Source: Kineococcus radiotolerans SRS30216 = ATCC BAA-149 (lineage in GTDB: Bacteria; Actinomycetota; Actinomycetes; Actinomycetales; Kineococcaceae). Taken from it: DNA of 32,000 bases. Positions 8,901 through 15,518 of this stretch are shown here, piece by piece. Made by a program: the position numbers and the translations under genes. The DNA is taken from NCBI RefSeq assembly GCF_000017305.1, contig NC_009664.2:4729184-4761183 (forward strand), given 5' to 3'. Below the pieces are notes generated by a model. It did not search any database. It saw nothing but the letters and a program-made list of their open reading frames with translations, and was not told the origin of the DNA. Each line of letters opens with the position of its first letter. Position 1 is the first letter of the stretch.

Positions 8901-10988
8901 CAAAAGACGCGGTTGTCCGGCGGTGTTGGGGACCAGCTCCTGTAGGTCGAGCCGCTGCAGACCGAGCCCCTGCAGGACAACCCCGGGGTCAGCCAAAGAC
9001 AAAGCCGACTCGTACGGGACGTCACTCCAGCGGTCGCCGTCGCGGGCCGCGAGCCGTTCACAGACTGACAGTTGCTGCTTCCAGACAGCGCGCAGCTCTG
9101 CCGGGTCGCTCGCTGCGGACAGGGTGCGTTGTCCGGCCAAGCGGACTGCTCGCAACAGCGGACGAGGGGAGTGAACCTGTTCCAAAAGCGCCGGATCGTC
9201 GGCCAGGACCATGGCTGCTGCGTAGTCGGCCAGGACGTCGTGGGAAAACCGGTACGTCCGGCCGTGGCGCGTCAGGACGTCGTCGCTGACGAGGCCGCCC
9301 ACTGCGGGGCCAGGAACCGTTGACAGGGATGTGCTGCCCGTGCCGGTGATGACGGCTTCCGCCGCCTCCTCCCAGGCGCGGCTTCGCTCATGGGGTAATC
9401 CCTGCCCTGGACGCATCCCCTCGGAGCGTCGGACGACCGTGTTGTAGAAGAGGTCGAGGATGGTTTCCTCACCGATCGGGTCCTGCTCGGGCAGGGCACT
9501 GCCTGACCGGACGATGAGATCGACGAGGTACGGCCGGCGCAGGAGCTGATTACTGCGAGGGTGACGCAGAAGAGGCGCCAGGAGAGGGAAGGCCTGCTCC
9601 ACCTCGTTCATCTCGTCATCGGTGAGGTCGCCCACCGGCACGTGTGAAGTCAATCGATCACCGAGATGATGGGTCAGAGGGTCGGCAGCTTCTCGGCGGC
9701 AGGTGATGACGACGGTCCATGGCGGACTCTTCCGTCCGCCCGTGGGTGCCGCGTCCAGCAGGAACTCCAGCAGCCGTCCTGCGTCGGCCAGGGCGTTCTC
9801 GGCCCCGTCAATGAGCAGGATGCGAGACCCCGCGGTGGGTGCGGCTGCCAGCGCTGTGGGCAGGTGGGGGATACCCAGCTCGTCCTGAAGGCTGGTGGGA
9901 CTGTCGCCGCCTCGCACAGCAAGATTGATGGCCACCACCGTCGCGTTCTCGCCCTGCTCTTGCACACAGCGACGAGCCAGGACCGATTTACCCACACCGG
10001 CGCTTCCTGAGATCAGCACCAGCCCACCGCCCGCAACAGCCCGGTCGATCTGATCGACAACGCGTGCGCGTTCCAGGCGCAGGGTCCCGCCGATCTGGTC
10101 GACGGTGCGTGCCAGCTCATCCGCCGACGCGGTGAGGACACGCTCGAGCTCGTGCCTGTGCTGGGGAGCGGTGTCCAGGGCGACACCTGCGGCCAGGAGG
10201 GCGGCCCGGAGCATGGGCACGTTGATGACGCCCGCGTTCGGTCCCCAGCCTTCAGCCAGCGTACGCAGCTGCGCGAAGAGCGAGCGCACCGACGGCGCCG
10301 CGGAGGGGAAGACCTGCGCGAGGCGGCTCAAAGTGTCAAGGAAGTCGCGCCCGTCCTCACCGATCTCCATGATCCACACGTGCAGATGACGCAGAAGGTC
10401 GTGGACGAGCCGGTCCACCCCCAGCTCGTCGACCTCTAGGCCCTGTCCGGTGCTTTCCTGGTCGCCTCGTTCGGCTAGGACCCGCTCGACGGCGGCCTTG
10501 ACGTGGTCGTACCGACCACGGACCTCGGCGCTCATCGCTCCCGGCATGAGCAGCCCGAGGAAGGTGTCAACGCTGGTATGAGCCCGGGCGATGACGGTCA
10601 ACCGGTGCAGCTCTTCCAGCTGGGCCCTCGGGCCGCCGGCGGCGAGGCCTAGACGGAGGCTGCCTGCGTCCAGCTCGTCGTGTCGGGTGGACAGCTCCTG
10701 CAGACACTGTCCCAAGACGTCGAGGAACGCGCGGTCTGAGGGGGTGGGAGCCGCCCGGCGCTTGACCTGGTAGTCGATGCTCGATGGCGATGCGCCCTGA
10801 TTGGAGGTCAGGACCAGGTCGTCCAGAGCGTGGCCTGCTACGCGCCGCTGTAGGGCGATGCTGGTGGGGGCTGTGTCCAGCCCTGGCATCAAGTCCCCGG
10901 TCAGCAACCGTCCCAGCGCGAGTGCGGCGAGGGTGTACTCCTCGATCGTGCCCGCCCCGCCGGTTGCCTCAGGCGACACCTGTGCCAC
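5982..10988 (-). CDS. giant NACHT/STAND-like P-loop NTPase with an N-terminal Cap4/DUF4297-like (PD-(D/E)xK-type) module and a helical C-terminal region of about 1200 aa
   Basis: The uninterrupted ORF spans 5982..11231 (1749 aa). Walker A GSAGVGKS lies at 9984-10007. Walker B ILLIDGAE lies at 9798-9821, followed by VVITCR (NACHT-like hhhTSR). N-terminal segment (10752-10961): GGAGTIEEYTLAALALGRLL...IALQRRVAGHALDDLVL...IDYQVKRR. I prefer the GTG start at 10986-10988 (VAQVSPEATGG...). Codons between 10989 and 11110 are rich in A/T-ending and AGA/AGG codons. Further upstream, the open frame shares third-codon positions with the opposite-strand ORF (a shadow). Alternative starts are ATG 11078, 11111 and 11231. 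The stop is TAA. Confidence 0.85.
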   Translation of the reverse strand: MAQVSPEATGGAGTIEEYTLAALALGRLLTGDLMPGLDTAPTSIALQRRVAGHALDDLVLTSNQGASPSSIDYQVKRRAAPTPSDRAFLDVLGQCLQELSTRHDELDAGSLRLGLAAGGPRAQLEELHRLTVIARAHTSVDTFLGLLMPGAMSAEVRGRYDHVKAAVERVLAERGDQESTGQGLEVDELGVDRLVHDLLRHLHVWIMEIGEDGRDFLDTLSRLAQVFPSAAPSVRSLFAQLRTLAEGWGPNAGVINVPMLRAALLAAGVALDTAPQHRHELERVLTASADELARTVDQIGGTLRLERARVVDQIDRAVAGGGLVLISGSAGVGKSVLARRCVQEQGENATVVAINLAVRGGDSPTSLQDELGIPHLPTALAAAPTAGSRILLIDGAENALADAGRLLEFLLDAAPTGGRKSPPWTVVITCRREAADPLTHHLGDRLTSHVPVGDLTDDEMNEVEQAFPLLAPLLRHPRSNQLLRRPYLVDLIVRSGSALPEQDPIGEETILDLFYNTVVRRSEGMRPGQGLPHERSRAWEEAAEAVITGTGSTSLSTVPGPAVGGLVSDDVLTRHGRTYRFSHDVLADYAAAMVLADDPALLEQVHSPRPLLRAVRLAGQRTLSAASDPAELRAVWKQQLSVCERLAARDGDRWSDVPYESALSLADPGVVLQGLGLQRLDLQELVPNTAGQPRLLDVARLIAVTTRFATTDRTTPDRMTLDGASLVLNSVLAAPVIGLLIATAAELSEGLAASAVLLTERWLRSLELHRLRPGDFGIDSSRLCAATVSWAGDATYGQRYESALAVLGLLGQNLPAEASPLLERAVERGDDLEAIIEDPDVAAALARDNPDLLLELAGCYYLDWPLDMDGARGRLPMTPRRTLRGRRRLGVPGDEDGIRDHSHRTARRRGFGLTGPDWGPFAVLLDHSPAHGLRLVGAVVDAATRHRGREEASFSRPQRPLALELTFPHWSNARTYRGPASAWGWYQRAGTGPYPAMSALMALRRWAVAQVSKRPLEQILDDVLLAGVSPALAAVGYSLLLINPSTSGALLDPFLQEPDVWDMETSRIFGGGAGWDTGEPGLSTQVDGVVIQLVLGGDEERRRELEATGERFLTNSRARQGEPAEGSPELAVARRRASMFRIEYYRLNPVENQPNQLEVSVELPSDLQQQLEEGGGREARTRLELSNHLFAAMKIRDESVDQPGSAAQLYTTVGTMVRDEGSDSELGIAFNPAETLAMAAAAVVVQAARGGEAELQMLPTAVETLLRLVNENTPKFADADRDMSWDFGADRSLATAITRLLSDDLLLDACGKDKDQFTSIVEMLSASQSRQVRDRLLQGLAAAWNDTDCTKQRTHARHTTAMAVYLEWILAAGVGPWNGQERPRKRLRQPLEEALTDPDTLLNYDTAADALPGLRAAARCDCPHGEGARRTLAALVEYDLRRRPTDAIPRGFRGSRYWCQQISLWVSSAVLDGNDDILDRYLTAFTPAPEELAFVVESLALQAVSTTQGQRSFEVWPRLLDQLLPAARSAREASRRSRQEASRRKLDEALLPIPQSGASWPPDEYARVIDRWVTASEPSPDLVDRLLLCLAANALERTPQAMGLVLRMIGPDGSRILGRSQYVETWLRDVVREEHEPGSLRRALLQLVDNLARRGSSVAILVQKELEQ

Positions 10989-11145
10989 ACCCACTCGCCC
11001 CCCGTGAACGACCACATGACCTGCTCTGATCGGCGACCCGTCCGATGGGGCGGGCCGCCAAGCCCTACGACAGATCATCTTGCCCGAGGGGCTCCGTCTT
11101 GACGCCCTCATCCCAGATACGTCCACGATCGACGCGGTTGTCTCG

Positions 11146-12060
11146 ATGAGCGCGCCCAACGGCACGAGCAGGCCGCCGTGTGGGCGGTGGGGGACCGCTA
11201 CGCCGCGGCGCGCGGCATCGCGGACGGGCATCCCGCTGGGTCAGCTGATCCTGGTCGGGCACCACAGCGAGGGCCGGGCCCGGCGAGACGCGGCCCGGAT
11301 GGGCGCGCACATGGATGCCAGCGTGGCCCACACCGACGCAGCCGAGGAGGCGCGGCGGGCGGCGCGGATCGCGAAGGCGGCCACCGATGCCCGCTACAAC
11401 CCGGTGACGGTGGCGAAGCGAGTGGAGCGGTTGACCCCCAGGGTGGGGGCCGAGGAGAAGGCGCTCGCGCACTGCGAGCGCGCGGTCGCTGCCGGGCAGG
11501 CCGCTGCTGCGGCCCTGAGCGCGGTTGGCGGCCCGGACTCAGACCTGGATCGGGGGCAGGTGCAGCCCGACCGTCCTCGGGCTGGGGAGAGCGCGCAGGG
11601 GGCCGCGGTGCGGTATGGGCTGAACATGGCCGCCCACGCGGCCGCAGTCGCTGAGCGGTTGCAGGCGCACCGTGCCGACCTGGCCCACTGGCAGGCGGTG
11701 CGTGCCCGGCAGGTCGCGGATGGGACGGCCACCGGCGTCGGCCGGCACAACGTGGCGGCCGGGGATCAGGTGCGGGTGCGTGGGCACTGCTACGAGGTGG
11801 TGCGGGCGAACGCGAAGACGGTGACGGTGCTCGGCATGTTCGGGCCCCGCGCGACCCTGTGGCAGGAGGTCCAGGAGCACCGGCGGGGAGCAGGCGGGAC
11901 CGGTGACCAGGCGAGGGCGGGGGGGGTGACTCAACCCCTGTTCACGGCCCGTCAACCTCCGGCCGCGTCGGGGCCGGGCGTCCCGGCCGCGCAGTCGTGG
12001 CCCTGTGACGATCCAAATTTCTTCGGTACCTCCCGCGCCTGCGCATCTGCGGGACCCTGA
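11146..12060 (+). CDS. DUF3560-like protein (mobile-element/plasmid-associated family), apparently lacking the usual N-terminal part
   Basis: Matches my recollection of DUF3560 proteins: GQLILVGHHSEGRARRDAARM...ARYNPVTVAKRVERL...WQAVRARQVADGTATGVGRHNVAAGDQVRVRGHCYEVVRANAKTVTVLG. ATG 11146 is chosen. The track ORF begins at 11080, but that stretch is antisense-shadowed by the giant ORF. The start is uncertain. Confidence 0.55.
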   Translation: MSAPNGTSRPPCGRWGTATPRRAASRTGIPLGQLILVGHHSEGRARRDAARMGAHMDASVAHTDAAEEARRAARIAKAATDARYNPVTVAKRVERLTPRVGAEEKALAHCERAVAAGQAAAAALSAVGGPDSDLDRGQVQPDRPRAGESAQGAAVRYGLNMAAHAAAVAERLQAHRADLAHWQAVRARQVADGTATGVGRHNVAAGDQVRVRGHCYEVVRANAKTVTVLGMFGPRATLWQEVQEHRRGAGGTGDQARAGGVTQPLFTARQPPAASGPGVPAAQSWPCDDPNFFGTSRACASAGP

Positions 12061-12094
12061 GACAAACGGGCGGGCCGCGTGGAATTGTGACCGA

Positions 12095-12679
12095 GTGCAA
12101 CAGCTCATCACTGCGCCCTTCTTCCGGCGACTGGCCGCCCGGCTCATCGACCTCGGCTTCGCCCTGGTCCTGACCTTCGCCCTGGCCGTGGTCGTGGGCC
12201 TGATCTCAGGTCTCGTGACCGCCTTCAGCGGTGGCCTCGACGAGGATGGACTGGCGATCGCGCTGCTGGTCTGGCTCTGCTACTTCCTGGCCTACGTCGC
12301 GCTGGAGTGGTTTCTGGTGGTCAACCGCGGCGGGCAGACGCTGGGCAAGGGGCTGATGGGCATCAGGGTGGTCCGTGCATCGGGCACCGGCGTCGCCCCC
12401 GCTTCGTCCTTCGTTCGCCTTTTCGTGTTCTTCATCCCGTTCTTCTTCGCCTCGCAGGCTGGGGGGTCGACGTCGGCCGGGTGGGAGGCGCTGGCCACTA
12501 TCGGGTTCTTGTGGTCCACAGCCACACTGATCATGGTGTGCATCCGGCCAGGCGGTCGGCGTGGGGTTCACGACTACTTGTCGGGCACTCGGGTCGTGCT
12601 CGCTCCGAGGCGCAAAGTGAACCTGCGGAAGGACATTCCGATGATGGTGCCTAGGCGGGTTGACCTCACCAAGCGCTGA
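12095..12679 (+). CDS. RDD family membrane protein
   Basis: RRLAARLIDLGFALVLTFALAVVVGL..., then LEWFLVVNRGGQTLGKGLMGIRVV and RRGVHDYLSGTRVV, with 3-4 hydrophobic helices. The track ORF starts at GTG 12005, but codons 12005-12094 are A/T3-rich (CAA ATT TCT GTA CCT). In-frame GTG 12095 is therefore preferred. The start is uncertain. Confidence 0.75.
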   Translation: MQQLITAPFFRRLAARLIDLGFALVLTFALAVVVGLISGLVTAFSGGLDEDGLAIALLVWLCYFLAYVALEWFLVVNRGGQTLGKGLMGIRVVRASGTGVAPASSFVRLFVFFIPFFFASQAGGSTSAGWEALATIGFLWSTATLIMVCIRPGGRRGVHDYLSGTRVVLAPRRKVNLRKDIPMMVPRRVDLTKR

Positions 12680-13171
12680 CCGCGAAGTGTCACCATTCCC
12701 TCGACCAGTAGCGCCGTGGCTTGGTCGTCGTGCGGACGGTGGCGCCGCGGCTGGGATTGCAGGTGGTGAGGAGGAGCTGGTCGGCTTGGGTTCCGCCATG
12801 TGCTCGGGCGAGGGTGTGGTCGGCCTTAAGGGGCATGTGGTCGACCTTGAGGGCAACGTCGCGGAACATCTGCGGTCCCTGACCGACGGGAGGCTGTCGG
12901 ACGCGCGTTCAGATGCCATCGGTCACGGGGCGGTCGGGTCGACGTGTTCGACGACGGCGCCCAGGAGGACGCCGACAGCCTGGACGAGGGGGTCCAGGGC
13001 ATTCGCGGCGTCGGTGGGGTGACGGTGCCGCTCAGGACGCCCAGGAGGAAGAAGGGCCCGGCGGCCGCGACGGGTACCGCGAGGACGGCGACGACGCGCA
13101 GCAGGGCGGCGAGTGAGACCTGCCGAGCGGGCTGTGTCGGGTTGTGTCGGGCTTCGTTGTAGTGATGCGGG

Positions 13172-13531
13172 TCAGGCGGCGTGGGCTTCGCGGTCGTAGA
13201 CGAGGGTGGCGGCTTGGTAGAGGGGGGCGAGGTCGAGGTCGCAGGTGTGGCAGAGGTGGTGCAGGTCGCTGAGCAGTTCGATGAGGGCTTGCTGCATGTC
13301 CTCGGCGTGGCTGCCGCTGGCGCGGGTGTGGTGGTGGAGGGCTTGGGCGGCGTAAGCGGCGCGATGGGCGTTGGTGTGGCGGGCTCGGGCGGCGCGGGTG
13401 GCGGGGTCTTCACCGTCGGGTGCGGCGCTGCTGAGGGCGGTGACGCTGGCGCTGGCGTGAGCGTTGGTGCCGGCGCGGGTGCTGGCGCTGGTGTCGGCGC
13501 TCGCGGGTTGGTGGGTGGGGGTCTGGGTCAT
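13172..13531 (-). CDS. hypothetical small protein (Ala/Thr/His-rich N-terminus, helical C-terminus)
   Basis: Internal ATG at 13529-13531 (MTQTPTHQPASAD...) is preceded by AAGGAC. The C-terminal AEDMQQALIELLSDLHHLCHTCDLDLAPLYQAATLVYDRE resembles small helical proteins found in actinobacterial phage/ICE regions. No family was assigned. Confidence 0.45.
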   Translation of the reverse strand: MTQTPTHQPASADTSASTRAGTNAHASASVTALSSAAPDGEDPATRAARARHTNAHRAAYAAQALHHHTRASGSHAEDMQQALIELLSDLHHLCHTCDLDLAPLYQAATLVYDREAHAA

Positions 13532-13782
13532 GGCGGGTCCTTGAGTGGGTAGTCCGGGGGTGGGAGCCCAGGGGTGGAGTGCAGTGAGGGTGCTACGGGG
13601 AGGTGCTGGCGGCCCTGCTGCCCTTGTGAGCCACGGCTGGGGAGCCGGGCCCATGAGCCGTATCTGCGGGGTTGGTGCTCTGCTGCCCGTGGCGGATCTG
13701 GTGAGGCGGCCTGTGGGGCGGCGGGGAAGTGGTGCTGCTCGCCAGAGCGGGTGCTCGAGCCGGGCTGTGCTGGGCCGGTCTG

Positions 13783-14340
13783 TCAGCTGGCGGGGTGCTG
13801 GGTGGGATGGGTGACGATGAGGGTGAGGTGGGGATCGCTACTGCGGGGTCCTTGGACGGCAGCGTCAGCGGTGGCGGTGGCCTCACGGATGGGCGCGGGC
13901 ACCAGGTGCAGCCCTTGCTGCGGCTTGGACTGCGGCTCCTGGTGCTGGTGCTGGTGCTGCTGGGCTGGGGGGCGGGCGAGGCCGGCGAGGTGACCGCTGC
14001 CGGCGGGTGATCCGGTCCCGGACGGGGGGAGGGGCTCGCTGATGAGTCTGATCACCGGCGCGGAAGGCTGGGCGGTGGTGGAGGCGCTGCGGTGGGCGGC
14101 CTGCAGATGAGCGGCGCGTAGCTGGATGTCCTGCTGCGCGGCGTCGAGATGGGTAGCCGAGCCGGTGGCGGAGCTTGTGGCGTAGCCGGCGAGGTAGCCG
14201 AAGAGCGCGGCCGCGGGGACGGCGGCCAGGAGCAGGAGGGCGCGTTCGCTGGCCTTGGCCGGGGCGAGCAGGGGAATGAGGGTGAGGGTGGCGAAGGAGG
14301 TCAGGCCGACGGTGGTGGCTCGACGTGTGTTGATGTGCAT
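13783..14340 (-). CDS. hypothetical membrane protein
   Basis: ATG at 14338-14340 (MHINTRRATTVGLTSFATLTLIPLLAPA...) with two hydrophobic helices, then a Gln/His/Pro-rich tail. The upstream part of the 266-aa track ORF is Pro/Thr/Arg-rich and unlikely to be coding. Confidence 0.4.
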   Translation of the reverse strand: MHINTRRATTVGLTSFATLTLIPLLAPAKASERALLLLAAVPAAALFGYLAGYATSSATGSATHLDAAQQDIQLRAAHLQAAHRSASTTAQPSAPVIRLISEPLPPSGTGSPAGSGHLAGLARPPAQQHQHQHQEPQSKPQQGLHLVPAPIREATATADAAVQGPRSSDPHLTLIVTHPTQHPAS

Positions 14341-14601
14341 GGTGATGCGGGGCACGTCGACGCTCCTGCCTGCTTCAGATGCCAGCTGACCCGTGTCTTT
14401 CAGTCCCGGTGAGCACTTCATTGGGCTGATGGGCTCTCGCGTTTCACTCTGGGCTGAGCCTGCCACACCGGTGCGCTGATGGCACGGGGTGTGGGGCGTG
14501 GAGAGCGTCGGGGTTGGGCCCCCCCCGGTACGTAAGGACATCCGTCGCGACATCGGCGAAGGCGCCGGCGTTGATCGGGCCATTGATCACGCCATCAGCG
14601 A

Positions 14602-15177
14602 TCACGTCGACCAGGGATCGCGTCCACCAGCTGTCGTGTCGATCACTGCGTCGCTGGCCCGCGGCCGGCTGATCTCGTCGCCGGTCTCGTCGCTGGCCGC
14701 TTGCCACCGTCCGGTGAGCTCCTCGCACGCTCGTGGACCCTTCCCGGTCGGCGCTGGCGGGCGGGGAGGTCGCGTCGGTGGGGCCTGCCGCCTGGGGCTG
14801 AGCTCCGCGGGGGTCAGTTGGGCGGCTTGGTAGGCGCGTAGGAGGGTGGGGCTGATGCGGCCGGTGGCGGTGACGCGGTGGCCGTGGGTGCGGGCCCAGG
14901 AGCGGATGATGCGGTGGTCAGGGGCCAGTGTGGTGCGCTTGCAGTTGTCGCGGTGCCCGATGGTCTGGGCTCCGGTGCGGCGGGCGTGTTGGATGAACAC
15001 GTCGAGGCTGGCGCGCAACTGGCGGGCGTGGTCGGCGTTGAGGTCGATCTCGTGAGCGTCGCCGTCGAGGGTGAAGGTGAGGCGTTCGGTGGCGGGGCTG
15101 CCGTCGATGTTGTCGCTCAGTTGGGTGGTGGTGCGGGTGGCCGTGGGGCATGGTGACAGACGCCCGGGCGCGGCCAT
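14602..15177 (-). CDS. lsr2: Lsr2-family nucleoid-associated protein (xenogeneic-silencer type) with N- and C-terminal extensions
   Basis: Dimerisation-domain match: LSDNIDGSPATERLTFTLDGDAHEIDLNADHARQLRASLDVFIQHARRTG. DNA-binding-domain match: DHRIIRSWARTHGHRVTATGRISPTLLRAYQAA. Both align residue by residue with mycobacterial Lsr2 as I remember it. Start is ATG 15175-15177 or 15184-15186. The ORF continues about 77 codons past the point where Lsr2 normally ends. Confidence 0.8.
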   Translation of the reverse strand: MAAPGRLSPCPTATRTTTQLSDNIDGSPATERLTFTLDGDAHEIDLNADHARQLRASLDVFIQHARRTGAQTIGHRDNCKRTTLAPDHRIIRSWARTHGHRVTATGRISPTLLRAYQAAQLTPAELSPRRQAPPTRPPRPPAPTGKGPRACEELTGRWQAASDETGDEISRPRASDAVIDTTAGGRDPWST

Positions 15178-15440
15178 GGGCCTCATTCAGGCCGAGAGCA
15201 ACCGCAACCTCAAATCACCGGCGGCCAATTACCCGGATTGAGTGACAATGAGCAGGAAGCGTCTGGTTCGTATCAGGTTGATACTGCTTCTTTCTCCGCT
15301 GGATGCTGATGCTTACTAGTGGAGGAGGGGGTGGTGGAGAACGGGTTCGCGTCGAGGGTTCGCGGGAAAGGGCGGTACCGGTTCGTTCCGCCGCGGGCCT
15401 CAGGTTCGGTGTTCACGGTGAGGACCTGACGTGTGCGGCC

Positions 15441-15476
15441 TGCGTGTGGTCTTGCGTGTGGTCTTGCGCGTGGTCT
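15441..15476. repeat. 12-bp tandem repeat TGCGTGTGGTCT x3, upstream of the likely start of the CWB2 gene
   Basis: 15441-15452 and 15453-15464 are identical. 15465-15476 has one substitution. Confidence 0.85.
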
Positions 15477-15518
15477 GAGGTGCGTAACGTTGGGGCTGCG
15501 CCTGCCGATGGGTGCCTC

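Noticed and set aside
4046-10988. SIR2 gene and giant NTPase gene treated as one operon
   Set aside because: They are on opposite strands and convergent (stops at 5845 and 5982), so they cannot be co-transcribed. Any functional link must be argued from co-occurrence, not operon structure. The association is kept as a hypothesis only.
15270-15284. Inverted repeat GTATCA-GGT-TGATAC as a defined operator
   Set aside because: Six-bp arms are expected by chance several times in 32 kb. It is mentioned only as context in the CWB2 leader finding, not called as a feature.
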